A program made the translations under genes and the position numbers. From positions 16,905-80,904 of the forward strand of contig CAWJVA010000013.1 in the NCBI GenBank assembly GCA_963846185.1: a stretch of 64,000 nucleotides of DNA, read 5' to 3'. Origin of the DNA: an uncultured Acidobacteriaceae bacterium (GTDB lineage Bacteria > Acidobacteriota > Terriglobia > Bryobacterales > Bryobacteraceae). Each line of letters starts with the position of its first letter. The stretch's first letter is position 1. Below the pieces are notes generated by a model that was given only the letters and a program-made list of their open reading frames with translations, did not search any database and had not been told where the DNA came from. Below, piece after piece: positions 1 through 11,303 of this stretch.

Positions 1-191
1 TCGTTAAGACCAGGAATCACCGTGCGGCCATTCGCATCAATTACTTCGGTCGCAGGACCCCGAAGGTGGAAAATGTCGCGTTCATTGCCAGTTGCCGTGA
101 TTTTTCCATCGGTAATTGCGAGAGCGTCCACGAAAGATGGAACGCTATTCGTGGCGATTTTGCCGTTGTGCAATATCGTGTCGGCAGGCAT
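1..191 (-). CDS. amidohydrolase-family protein, N-terminal ~63 codons only (gene continues past the left edge)
   Basis: Reverse-strand ATG at 189-191 opens MPADTILHNGKIATNSVPSFVDALAITDGKITATGNERDIFHLRGPATEVIDANGRTVIPGLN. This resembles the N-terminal lead-in of metal-dependent amidohydrolases. It is too short and truncated to appear in the ORF track. Confidence 0.5.
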   Translation of the reverse strand, partial: MPADTILHNGKIATNSVPSFVDALAITDGKITATGNERDIFHLRGPATEVIDANGRTVIPGLN

Positions 192-232
192 AGATATCCC
201 CTTGGCGCAAATAGTTCAGTTAAGGTCTTTTT

Positions 233-266
233 GACCAGAGGGCAGAGAGGTTACAACCCTCTGGTC
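233..266. repeat. perfect 10-bp inverted repeat (stem-loop) between the isochorismatase-like and amidohydrolase-like genes
   Basis: gaccagaggg (233-242) and ccctctggtc (257-266) are exact reverse complements separated by 14 nt. There is no clean U-tract on the minus (coding) strand, so I do not call it a terminator. Confidence 0.7.
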
Positions 267-285
267 TCGTTGGCTTGTGCGGCCT

Positions 286-930
286 TTACTTGTGCGCTCC
301 GGCGAGAGCTGATGGAATCACGTACTCGGGAAATATCGTGGCCGGAGCGCCGTGAACCATCGTGTACGCGTACTCCACACCAATGCCGTACGCTCCGAAG
401 TGGGTTTTCACGATGTCCATCACTGCGTCGTAGGTGTCGCGGTGTGCCCAGTCACGCTGCCATTCCAGCAGTGTGGACAGCGCGGTCACCGGTTTAGCCC
501 CAGCCTGGATCACTCGCTTCATCGCATTGTCGTGAGAGAGCTGGCTAACATCCCCACAGCAATCTTCAACGACGAAAACTTCGTAGCCGTCGTGAATCGC
601 CTGAACGGTAGGGAGGGCAACGCAGGTCTCAGTCCAGAGCCCACACAAGACAATCTTCTTGCGACCTGTTCGCTCGATCGCCCCAACGAAGTTTTTGTCA
701 TCCCAAGAGTTCATCGAGGAACGTTCGATAAGCTCCTGCTTTGGGAACACGGCTCTTATCTGAGGCCAAAGATTACCACTAAAGCTTTTCGTTTCTACTG
801 TCGTCAGAACGACCGGAAGCTCGAACAGCTTGGCAGCCTTCGCGAATGCCACCGTGTTATTTATGATGGTTTGGCGATCGAAGTTACTGACTCCGAATAG
901 CATTTGCGGCTGATGATCTATCAGAGCCAC
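286..930 (-). CDS. isochorismatase-family cysteine hydrolase
   Basis: Intact 214-aa ORF. It has an isochorismatase-like layout, with KKIVLCGLWTETCVALPTVQAIHDGYEVFVVEDCCGD (a conserved Cys-containing strand). Confidence 0.8.
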   Translation of the reverse strand: MALIDHQPQMLFGVSNFDRQTIINNTVAFAKAAKLFELPVVLTTVETKSFSGNLWPQIRAVFPKQELIERSSMNSWDDKNFVGAIERTGRKKIVLCGLWTETCVALPTVQAIHDGYEVFVVEDCCGDVSQLSHDNAMKRVIQAGAKPVTALSTLLEWQRDWAHRDTYDAVMDIVKTHFGAYGIGVEYAYTMVHGAPATIFPEYVIPSALAGAHK

Positions 931-982
931 TACGCAATTATCGGGGGTCAGTAATCAGGTCGGCATGTTTGCAGCGGCGAGA

Positions 983-1316
983 TTAAATAATCACAGGTGA
1001 GACATAGACGCGACTGCCGCGCCCCAGGGCCTGTTCGAGTTCGGCCCGCGCAAGCAGATATCCCAAGCGCCTGCAACAGTTCGGCGTGAGCTTATAGTTG
1101 GCTGCGCTAGCCTGCCTGCGCTCCGAAAACCTGCACCACCCCCTGAGCAAACTGATTGCTACTTGCCCGCTCGTTCTCCTGACGCAGCTTAGCAACCTCT
1201 CTGGCGACATCCACCATCTGCTTGGTCCGCTCCAACTTGTTGTAACTGCGTTCAACCAAAACCGCGACCTCTTCTTTGAGCCGCTCGACTTTCTGCTCGG
1301 CTTCCGCGAGTTGCAC
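983..1316 (-). pseudogene. C-terminal remnant of a TolC-family outer-membrane efflux protein (truncated, one frame switch)
   Basis: Fragments 1107-1316 (..AVQLAEAEQKVERLKEEVAVLVERSYNKLERTKQMVDVAREVAKLRQENERASSNQFAQG..) and 983-1255 (..YLLARAELEQALGR..) look like the last coiled-coil repeat of TolC-like proteins. Only about 570 nt lie between here and the tRNA, too few for a full gene of more than 400 aa. Confidence 0.35.
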
Positions 1317-1550
1317 CGCGCGCTCGCTTACCGCGGCGCGTTCCGGAGATGAAGATCGGGCATTCGCAAGGTTGCCAGCCCGTTTTCTCTGTCGTCGTAT
1401 TCGCTGCTGCGCAGTTCCTCGATGTGTGCCCTGCTTTGCAGTGGCGTCTGTGTCGGCGGAAGAGCGCGAGCGCCATGACGCATTCTACGCAGGATTGTCC
1501 GATTTTGCCCGATGAAATCCCCGGTTTTGCGGAACTTAGTGGTTCTTTTC

Positions 1551-1640
1551 TGGCGGTGAGGGTGGGATTCGAACCCACGGAACCCGTGAAGGTTCAACGG
1601 TTTTCGAGACCGCCCGATTCAACCGCTCTCGCACCTCACC
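1551..1640 (-). tRNA. tRNA-Ser (anticodon CGA), encoded CCA end
   Basis: The reverse complement reads GGTGAGGTGCGAGAGCGGTTGAATCGGGCGGTCTCGAAAACCGTTGAACCTTCACGGGTTCCGTGGGTTCGAATCCCACCCTCACCGCCA. Acceptor stem is GGTGAGG/CCTCACC, anticodon loop CT-CGA-AA. It has a long variable arm and a GGTTCGAATCC T-loop. Confidence 0.9.
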
Positions 1641-1701
1641 GCGCCGGGCGTTATCTCTCAAAGAAACAGGCGCCCTCGCCCAAACCCTGTCGAAAATCTG
1701 C

Positions 1702-2678
1702 CTACAGCCCAAAACGTATGCAAATATCAGCGGCGCAACAATCGACGCGTCGGATTCGATCATAAAGTTCGGCGTCTGGATGCTCAGCTTCTCCCAGGTA
1801 ATTTTTTCGTTCGGCATCGCGCCCGAATACGAGCCATAGCTAGTGGTCGAATCGCTGATCTGGCAGAAGTAGCCCCACAACGGCGTGTTTCCCGTTCCAG
1901 ATCCTGCCGCAACATCGGCACCACGCAGATCGGAAAATCGCCGGCGATTCCGCCGCCTATCTGAAAAAAGCCGATCGAGCATGTTTGCGAACAGCTGGTG
2001 TACCAGTCCGCCAAAGACATCATGTACTCGATCCCGGTACGCACGGTGTGTACGTTCTTGACATCTCCCGAAATGCAGTGCCCGGCATACATGTTGCCGA
2101 GCGTGGAATCCTCCCACCCGGGCACAAAGATCGGCAGGTTCCGTTCCATCGCTGCGTAGAGCCAGCTATCCTTCACATCGATCTGAAAGCTTTTCTGGAG
2201 GTCCGGCGATTGCAGAATGCGATAGAAGAACTCGTGCGGAAAGTAGCGTTCGCCAATCTGTGTCCGCCGCCATCCATTCCTTCAGAATCACGCCCTCAAT
2301 ACGGCGCATCGCCTCTTCTTCCGGTATGCACGTATCTGTCACACGATTCATGTGACGGTCGAGCAGCGCCTGCTCATCTTCCGGCTTCAGATCGCGCCAG
2401 TGTGGTACCCGCTCATAGAAGTCGTGCGCCACCAGGTTGAAAACATCTTCTTCCAGGTTGGCGCCCGTGCAAGAGATGCCATGAATTTTGTCCTGCCGGA
2501 TCATTTCCGCCAGCGAAACGCCCAACTCGGCGGTGCTCATCGCGCCTGCCAGCGTAAAAACATATTCCCACCTTTCCCCAGGTGATCCGATATACGCTTC
2601 TGCGGCGTCCACCAGCGAGGCGGCGTTGAAGTGCCGAAAATGATGCTCGATGAAAGCTGAGATTGGTCCTTTGCTCAT
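1702..2678 (-). CDS. deoxyhypusine synthase-like protein, frame-disrupted in this sequence
   Basis: Minus-strand fragments 2166-2678, 1784-2176 and 1536-2117 read in order as one deoxyhypusine-synthase-family protein (..LAGAMSTAELG.., ..FFQIGGGIAGDFPICVVPML.., ..SDSTTSYGSYSGAMPNEKITWEKL..IVAPLIFAYVLG). There are at least two frame switches. The 3' end is uncertain (1658-1707) because the last fragment reads on into the tRNA. Confidence 0.75.
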
Positions 2679-2744
2679 TCCACCTTCGTTTCGCCCTTGC
2701 CGGTCAACGAATCTGCCGCGCGGAACGGGTTTGCGGGTGACTTA

Positions 2745-4193
2745 CTAGTCGAATTCGGCGGGAAGTAAATCAGGTGTCCTTCCCGTTCTATCATCAGCAC
2801 CGCGGATCTCCCGACTTGGTACTCGAATCATTTGCGCAATCGGCCACTCTGCTCCACCACCTGCCGGTTCACAGCGTAAATAACATCGCCCGATTGCGAG
2901 CGGCGGCCCTGAATACGGCGCATCGGCTTGCCGGGCCGCCACCACCACTCCCGCGGGACGCCGCAGCTCAGGCATCAGCGCCAACACCTGCTTATTGATG
3001 TCGAGTCCCACGATGCCGAGTTCCGGCACTACGTTTTTTACCGGATCTACCAGATCTGCCAGTGCGTCGAGTTCGCCTCCCGATTGCTCTTCCGCCATCA
3101 CCGGAAGGTCCAGCTGATCTGGCCGCGCTGTACACGCAGCGTCACCTTTGTCCCGGCCCAGCCGGTAGACCCGCGCTTCAAGTTGATGAACGGTGCTGAC
3201 CGGCTGGCCGTTCAAAGCGACAACGATGTCGTCCACCTGAACACCCGCATGCGCCGCCGGCCCGTCCGGCTCCACATCGGAGACGATCACGCCGTGGTCT
3301 GTCTCGAGTTCCAGACCTTCCGCCATCTCGGGCGTGATGGTCTGGCCCACAATCCAAGTTGCGCCCGGTGCACATGACCTTGCGTTTCAGCTGTTGGTAC
3401 ACGTCTCGCGCAAAGTTACTCGGAATGGCAAAACCGATCCCTTCGCTCCCGCCCGATTGCGTAAAGATCAACGTGTTCATGCCCACCACTTGCCCGTCCG
3501 TATCCACCAGTGGACCGCCGCTGTTGCCGGGGTTAATAGGCGCGTCCGTCTGAATATAGACCATCGGATCGTCCGGCTTGATCTGGCGTGACACCGCGCT
3601 CACCACGCCCATGCTGACCGAGTTATCCAGCCCCAGCGGATTCCCGAGTGCCAGCACAATCTGCCCTTGCTTCAATTCATCCGAATCGCCGAACTGCAGA
3701 TACGGAAGATTGGTCTTATCGATTTTGACCACCGCCAGATCGCTGTCGTGATCAATGCCCACAATCGTTCCGGCAATCGGCCGGTTCAGCCCGCTCACCC
3801 TGTTCGCGAGCTTCCGCCTCTGCCCGCACATTGAATTGAACTTTTACGCTGTGCGCGTCCTTCACCACGTGAGCATTCGTCAGAATGTAGCCGTCCTGAG
3901 CTCAGGACGATGCCGGATCCGCTGCTGTTCTCCGCAGTGAGGAGCCCGCCGTCGCTCCGAGCTCCCTTCCGACGGCACATAGCTGCGGACAAAGATCTGA
4001 ACAACCGCCCGCCCACAGCGCTGGGAAACCTCTTCGAAAGACCCGCTGAGCTGTTTCAGCACGTCCATTTTTTCGGGGTTCGGGCGGGTTTCGCCGGACC
4101 TTTCGCAGCGCTGGTGGCCTGGTTTTCCTGGGCGCCGCGGCACCCCGTCGTCCCAAGCAGCCCGGCAAAACCGCGCCCGCCGCCAACCAGCAT
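2745..4193 (-). CDS. HtrA/DegP-type periplasmic serine protease with two PDZ domains, frame-disrupted
   Basis: Fragments 3880-4143, 3795-4016, 3178-3831 and 2745-3350 belong together. They carry the catalytic motif GNSGGPLVDTDGQVVGMNT and PDZ-like segments (GVIVSDVEPDGPAAHAGVQVDDIVVALNG). ATG 4191-4193 gives a signal-peptide-like start. An RBS plus ATG at 4214-4216 is an alternative start if one more indel is assumed. Confidence 0.8.
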
Positions 4194-4351
4194 TTGAGCG
4201 ACTGGCTTCAGTTCATCGCGAAAGACTCCTTACTCCTTCGATGCACGTCCATCAGGGAAATTCGCAAGAATTGCTAACCTCAGACAGAAACTCCATTGCA
4301 AGTTCGCATCCGCATCACCCGTTCGCGGAAACCGGGCGTACCCGATCCTGT

Positions 4352-5997
4352 ATGCTCCCGAAAGCGCCGAAAGTACTCGACGCTTCGCCGACCGAGCCAC
4401 CTGCGCCAATCCGAATCGCGCCTGCAGCTCGGCGGTTCCTCACTAGTCGCGCTGGGCATCTTGTCAGCCGCATCACCGGACTGATTCGCGAACGAGTAAT
4501 CGGCCATTACTTCGGCGTCGATTCTGTGGTAGCCGACGCCTTTCGCGCGGCATCACGTATTCCCAATTACTGGCAAACCTCTTCGGCGAAGGCGTGCTCT
4601 CGGCGTCTTTCGTTACGGTTTATTCGAAATTCGGGCGCTGCGGGGAGGACGAAGAAGCGGATCGATCTGGCGGCCGGTGTGTTTCGGATTCTCACGCTTA
4701 TCTGTTCCGTGCTTGTGCTTTCGGGTGTCCTGACTCACCCCGTACCTGATCGACTTGATCGCGCCGGGTTACAAAGGCGCAACGCGACCTGACCATTCAG
4801 ATCGTCCGCATTCTCTTCCCGGGAACCGGGTTGCTGGTTATCAGCGCGTGGTGCCTGGGCGTGCTCAACAGCCATCGGCGATTTCTCCTCTCTTACATGG
4901 CGCCGGTCGCGCTAAATGCCGCCGTCATCGCCGTTTCCGTTTACTTCGGCCGGCGCCTGCCGGAAGACCACTTGGTGTTGTATGTGGCCTGGGGTTATGT
5001 CGCCGGCAGCGCGCTTCAGTTCCTGGTGCAGCTCCCGAGAGTTCTGCAGGTTTTACCGATTTCCGCATCGGCTTGGATTGGCGATCCGAGCACGTACGAA
5101 CCGTCATACGTAACTTCGGCCCGATCTTTGTGAGCCGCGGCGTAGTGCAAATCAGCTCCTACATCGACCAGATGATCGCCAGCGTGTTACCCACAGGCGC
5201 CGTGGCAGCTCTCGGATACGGCCAGGTCATCTCGGTTCTGCCCGTCAGCTTATTCAGCATGTCCATCTCGGCTGCCGAGCTTCCCGCTCTCTCGAGCGCC
5301 GTCGGCAGCGAAGAGGAAGTCGCGGCTACCGTTCGCGCGCGCCTCTCGGCGGGCCTGCGCCGCATCGCGTTCTTCATCATTCCTTCCGCCGTGCGTTCCT
5401 TGTTCTTGGAGACATCCTGGTCGCGGCGCTTTATCAATCCGGCCGGTTTCATCACGCGGAGCCGTCTATGTCTGGTCTGTGATCGCCGGCTCTTCCGTCG
5501 GCCTGCTGGCGACTTCGCTCGGGCGACTTTATTCCTCCGCATTCTACGCCCTGCTCGACACCAAAACTCCGCTGCGTTTTGCGATCATTCGCGTCATCCT
5601 CACCACCGCCCTCGGTATTGTCTGTTGCGTTTTGGGTACCGGGCTGGCTCGGCATTGAACAACGCTGGGGCGTAGCTGGCCTGACCGCTTCCGCCGGTAT
5701 TGCGGGATGGGTCGAGTTCGCGCTATTGCGGCACGCGCTCGGAAGGCGCATCGGGCCAACACCCCTTCCCGCGGCGTTCACGCTCAAGCTCTGGGTCACC
5801 GCCTTCTTTGCCGCAGCCGCTCGGTTACTGGGTGAAAACTCTGCTCGGAACCGGTCATCCGATTCTGCTAGCCCTTGTCGTGCTTCCGCTATACGGCGGC
5901 CTTTATTTCGGGGGCGCTGCGCTGGCCGGTATTCCAGAATCGAAGAACACGCTGGCGACAGTATCTGCGGCGGCTTCGGCTTACGCGCTCAGCTTAG
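4352..5997 (+). CDS. murJ: lipid II flippase MurJ (MviN family), frame-disrupted
   Basis: Plus-strand fragments 4241-4792, 4831-5133, 4755-5675, 5579-6334 and 5700-6191 read in order. Matching segments are SRITGLIRERVIGHYFGVDSVVADAFRAA.RIPN, LLVISAWCLGVLNSHRRFLLSYMAPVALN, VRTVIRNFGPIFVSRGVVQISSYIDQMIASVLPTGAVAALGYGQ. There are at least four frame switches. The stop is assigned to TAG 5995-5997 in the frame giving a basic tail and is uncertain. Confidence 0.75.
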
Positions 5998-7105
5998 CCG
6001 TCGTCCGTGCGATCTGCAGATCTTCCTGCGCCGGAAGTACTTCAACCTTGCAGTCTCGCAGCAGCTCGAGTCCATCACAGATGTCGTTGCGAATCGCCTC
6101 ATCGTGCTCGCCGATGCCTCCGGTAAACACCAGCAAATCCACCCCGCCAAGCGCGGCCACCATGGCGGCGATCGTTTTTCTCGCCTGGTAGCAAAACATT
6201 CTCAGAGCCAGGTCGGCGCGTTCATCTTGGTTGGCAAGGTCTCTCAGTTCGCGGAAATCACTGGTCGTTCCGGAGATGCCTCGCAATCCACACTGGTGAA
6301 CGAGCATGTTTTCGAGCTTCTGAGCATCGCATAGCCATGGCGCATGAGATAAACCAGAACGCCCGGATCCAGATCTCCACATCGCGTACCCATCATCATC
6401 CCTCCCGTGGGAGTCAGGCCCATTGAGGTGTCGATCGAAACACCGTCCCGGACAGCGCTCACACTGCAACCATTACCCAGATGAGCCACGACCAGCCTCT
6501 TGGGAACAGGATTCAGCTGCGCCAGAATTGACTCGAGTGAGATGCCATGAAATCCGTAACGTTCCACGCCCATGGCGACGATTTCTCCGGGCAGCGCAAA
6601 CATACGCGCCACATCCGGCATGTGGCGGTGAAACGCGGTATCCAGGCAGATCACCTGAGGCACTCCTGGCATCTCCTTGCAAACGGCATCTAACACCGCA
6701 AGCGCCGGCGGAACGTGTAGAGGCGCGAATTGTGCCGCGTTGCGCAGCTCCTTGTAAACTTCTGCGGTGAGCCGGTTATGCTCGCGCAGGTTTGGTCCGC
6801 CGTGCACGAAACGATGGCCGATGGCATCAGGTAACGGTAAGTTTGTTGCGGTTCAGCGCATCGAGCGCACGTCGCAACGCTGCCGGCTGATCCGCAATCT
6901 CGGCCGCCTCACTCTCCTGCTCCCGGCCGCTCTTTGCGAACCAAAACTTCGCTTCGTCGCTGCCAACCTCCTCGGCCTCGCCTTCACCCAGCAACTTCGG
7001 ATCGTCTTCCGCACACTCATACAAGCCAAATTTCAGCGAAGAGGAACCGCAGTTGAGCGCGAGTATGTGACGTGCCGGCGGCCCGCTCGTGTTCACGAAG
7101 TCCAC
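5981..7105 (-). CDS. ackA: acetate kinase, frame-disrupted
   Basis: Fragments 6827-7105 ([16 protein letters not shown]), 6244-6807 ([54 protein letters not shown]) and 5981-6469 ([10 protein letters not shown]) belong together. Its start overlaps the xfp stop. Confidence 0.85.
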
Positions 7106-9451
7106 TTCCAGTTGCGCACTTCGGGCATGTCTTCGCCGTACTGCATGACATACGACTTATGCTGCTGGAGACTGCTTTCCAGCCGGTCGTTCTCCCGTTC
7201 GACGATAGAGGCAAGCCGCGGAATGCGGAGAATGGCATCGAACGCGAGCTGGAAGCGATCTAACTGATTCAGAACCGTCATATCAAACGGTGTCGTTGTC
7301 GTTCCTTCCTCTTTATAGCCGCGCACGTGCAAGTTGTCGTGCCCGTGGCGGCGATACGTCAGCCGGTGAATCATCCACGGATAGCCGTGGAACGCGAAGA
7401 TAATCGGCTTGTCGGTCGTGAACAGTCCATCGAAATGTTCATCAGAGATTCCATGCGGGTGTTTACTCGGCGGTTGCAGCGCCATCAGGTCGACTACATT
7501 CACTACGCGAATTCGAATATCAGGCACGTATTGCCGCAGCAAAGTCACGGCCGCGAGTGTCTCGAGCGTCGGCACGTCTCCGCAACACGCCATCACAACG
7601 TCAGGGTTGCCGTCATCATTGCTCGCCCACTCCCAAACCCCGAGCCCTTTCGTACAGTGCCGCACCGCAGCGTCCATGTCGAGCCAGACTGGCGCGGGCT
7701 GCTTGCCTGCGATGATCAAGTTCACGTAATTTCTGCTGCGAAAGCAATGATCGGCGACCGAAAGCAATGTGTTTGCGTCCGGCGGTAGATAGATGCGCAC
7801 CACATCCGCCTTCTTGTTTGCCACGTGATCGATAAATCCCGGGTCCTGATGCGAAAAGCCGTTGTGGTCCTGACGCCACACGTGCGAAGAAAGCAGATAA
7901 TTCAACGATGCGATAGGAGCGCGCCATGGCAGATGGCGTGGTGGTCTTCAACCACTTTGCATGCTGGTTGAACATCGAATCCACGATATGGATGAACGCT
8001 TCGTAACACGAAAAGAAACCGTGCCGTCCGGTCAGTAGATAGCCTTCCAGCCATCCCTCGCACATGTGCTCGCTGAGCACTTCGAGCACGCGGCCGTCGG
8101 TAGACAACTCTATATCCACCGGATCGATGCGCGCCATCCATTCTTTCGTTGTCGCCTCGTACACGGCATCGAGCCGGTTGGAGGCCGTCTCATCCGGGCC
8201 AAAGATCCTGAAGTTTCGCGTGGTCTGGTTCTCTTTGACGATATCGCGGAGGAAGCGTCCCAGCACACGCGTAGCCTCCGCCTCCTGTGCACCCGGCTTC
8301 TCCGCGCATACTGCGTAATGACGAAAATCGGGCAGCATCAGCGGTTGCAGAAGCAGGCCGCCGTTGGCATGCGAGTTCATGCCCATCCTGTGTCTACCCG
8401 TCGGCGCCAGCGCAGAAAGATCGGGTCTCAAGCGGCCTTCTGTCCCGAACAGTTCCTGCGGCTTATAGCTCCGCAGCCAGTCTTCGAGCAGCTTCAAATG
8501 CTCGGGATTATTCGCCACATCTGCCACCGGCACCTGGTGCGCGCGCCAGGTTCCCTCAACCGGCAATCCGTCCACTACCTTCGGCCCGGTCCAGCCTTTC
8601 GGTGTCTTCAGGATCAGCAACGGCCACCGTGGCCGTTCTACTTTCTCCTGTTTCCTCGCACGGTCCTGAATCAAGCGGATGTCGGCGAGCATCTCCTCGA
8701 GAACCGCCGCCATCTTCTGATGCATCTCGGGCGGATCACTGCCTTCCAGCAAGCGCGGCTCATACCCGTAACCGATAAACAAGTCGCGCAGCTCTTGTTC
8801 GCTGATTCGCGCCAGCACCGTCGGGTTTGCGATTTTGAAACCGTTCAGGTGCAGGATGGGCAGCACGGCGCCGTCCTTAGCGGGATTCAGAAACTTGTTC
8901 GAATGCCAGCTTGTTGCGAGCGCTCCCGTCTCGGCTTCGCCATCGCCGACAATGCAGGTCACAATCAGGTCCGGGTTGTCGAACGCCGCTCCGTAGGCGT
9001 GCAAGAGTGAGTAGCCCAGTTCGCCGCCTTCGTGAATCGATCCAGGCGTTTCGGGCGCCACATGGCTTGGAACGCCGTAAGGCCATGAGAACTGGCGAAA
9101 CAGACGCTTGATGCCATCCCGATTCTGCTCGATGTTGGGATAGATTTCGGTGTACGAGCCCTCTAAGTACGTGTGGGCCACAAGCCCGGGTCCGCCATGT
9201 CCCGGACCGATGATGTAAATCATGTTCAGGTCATGGCAGCGGATCAGCCGGTTCAGATGCGTATAGATGAAATTCAGTCCGGCCGTTGTGCCCCAATGCC
9301 CTAGCAGCCGCGGTTTAATGTCGTCTCTGCTCAAAGGCCTTTCGAGCAAAGGATTGTCTTTCAGGTAAATTTGTCCGACGGTCAGGTAATTCGCCGCAAA
9401 CCAGTATTCGTTCAGCTTCTGGACTTCTTCCGCGCTTAGAGGCTCAGGCAT
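7093..9451 (-). CDS. xfp: xylulose-5-phosphate/fructose-6-phosphate phosphoketolase, one frame switch near 7900
   Basis: Fragment 7616-9451 opens [51 protein letters not shown]. The C-terminal third continues in 7093-7905 (..[17 protein letters not shown]..). Confidence 0.9.
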
Positions 9452-9505
9452 GCGTTCTCCTGAACCATTATCGGTGCGAGCGGAGAACGCGCTGTGAACG
9501 CAGAA

Positions 9506-11193
9506 CTACTTGGAACTCGAGCCCGCTTGTATCAACTGCTCGGCATGTCGCAGGGCCTCCGGCGTGATCTGCTCGCCGGAGAGCATACGGCCAATCTCAC
9601 GCGCTCTTTCCTCGCGATCAAGCTCTTCAATCTGCGTCGCGATTCGCCCCTTCCTCGCTTGCTTTGCTACCGCGAAGTGATGATCCGCGAACCCCGCGAT
9701 CTGGGCAAGGTGAGTTACGCAGATCACCTGGTTCGTTCGCGAGAGTGCCTTCAGTCGCTTGCCCACAGCCGCTGCCGCAGCTCCGCCCACGCCGGCATCC
9801 ACTTCGTCGAAGACGAGAGTTGGCATTCCGGCGTGTTTATCGGCAGCGCCAATCGCGGTCTTCAGCGCTAGTGCGATGCGCGACAATTCACCTCCGGAAG
9901 CGATCTTTTCGAACGGCTTCAGATCTTCGCCGCGATTCGGCGAAACCAGGAATGCGATCTGGTCCACTCCAGTGATTGTCCACTCGCCCTGTGTGACAGC
10001 AATTTGAAATTGCGTACCGCCCATCGCGAGGCTTTTCAGCTCGCTCTCCACCTGCTTGCCCAGCGAAGCCGCAGCGGCTCTCCGGCGCTCGCTTAGTTCC
10101 TTGGCGAGCTTTTCATAGCGCTGCGCCGCTTCTTCCTGCTGCCGTTTCCAACGTCGCGCGGTGCTCTGTTGCGTTTTCTACTTCGTCGATCTTGCGCGCA
10201 ACGTCGTCCCGAAAAGCCAGCACGTCGCCGAGAGTTCGTCCGTACTTCCTCTTCAAACGGTCCAATTCCTCGAGGCGGCTTTCTACATCTTCGAGGCGCC
10301 CCGGATCTCCCTCCAGCTTTCCAAGATAGTCTCGCAGCGCATAAGAAGCCTCTTCGATCAGTACGACTCGCCTGCCGCAGCGAGCCGGCTGTCTCATGCG
10401 AGCGTTCCGTCAATTCTCATCAAGCTCGTCAATACGCTTTAAGCGCCTGCCGCACCTGCGTGGCAGCGCTCTCAGGTGACTCGTACAGCAAGCTCGAACG
10501 AAGCGTTCGCGCTCTCCTGGAGCCGCGTTACGTTCTGTAAGATCTTCCGCTCCGCCTCCAAGTCCGCGTCTTCTTCCGGCTTCGGTTGGACGGCGTCGAT
10601 CTCTTTGCGCTGGAAACTCCACAAGTCGAGGAGCCTCAGCTTCTCCTGCTCATTGCTGGTGAGGTCATCGAGCCGTTCGCCCCAATTCGTGCCAGGCTGC
10701 GTAGGCTTCCGCCACCTGCTCGCGCAACTTCGCCGCGCCCGCAAATTCGTCCAGCAGCTCGCGCTGCTGTTGCGGAGCAAAGAGCAGCTGCTGCTCGTTC
10801 TGGCCGTGGATATCGCCGAGCGCGGGCGCGAGTTGCCGGAGGAACGCCGTTGTGACCGGGCGGTTGCCGACGAATGCGCGCGATTTGCCGCTAGCCGCGA
10901 TCTCCCGTTCTACAATCAACTCCTCTTCCGCGTGATCGATGCCGGCCTCCTCGAGCAAGTGCCGCCAATTCCGGCGTCTCAGGGACCGCAAAGATTCCGG
11001 AAACCCGGGCCCGCGTCTCGCCCGTCCGTACCATCTCCGCCGATGCCCGCGCGCCAAGCAGCAAGCTCAGAGAGTCCACGACAATGGACTTGCCGCTACC
11101 CGTCTCGCCGGTCAGAATATTGAGCCCTTCCTGGAACCGGATGCGGGCCTGCTCGACTACCGCATAGTTCTCAACCAGCAATTCCAGCAGCAT
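9506..11193 (-). CDS. recN: DNA repair protein RecN, frame-disrupted
   Basis: Fragments 10891-11193 (MLLELLVENYAVVEQARIRFQEGLNILTGETGSGKSIVVDSL), 10665-11057, 10472-10780, 10113-10397 and 9506-10051 (ASGGELSRIALALK.., LVFDEVDAGVGG) are colinear with RecN. Confidence 0.9.
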
Positions 11194-11303
11194 GTGACCG
11201 AATTATAAGATTTGCCTGCGCTTGGCAATGCAACATTCGTGCCTGGCCTGCAAGCCTCTTCTCCCTATAATGAGTAACGAGGTAACGAAAGGACATCTCT
11301 ATA

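Noticed and set aside
1400-1551. att-like duplication of the tRNA-Ser 3' end that would define an integrated island
   Set aside because: I could not find a second copy of the tRNA 3' segment by eye in the window. A computational repeat search is needed before claiming an island.
1349-1765. 138-aa plus-strand ORF
   Set aside because: It runs straight through the tRNA-Ser gene on the opposite strand and has no recognisable features.
8066-9010. 314-aa plus-strand ORF
   Set aside because: It is antisense to the phosphoketolase gene, whose frame carries unmistakable family motifs. The ORF's composition is Arg-rich and low-complexity.
11222-11271. Promoter for tolQ (perfect TATAAT at 11266-11271)
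   Set aside because: There is no acceptable -35 at 16-19 nt (CTGGCC at best). The TTGGCA at 11222 is 38 nt away. I cannot support a promoter call.
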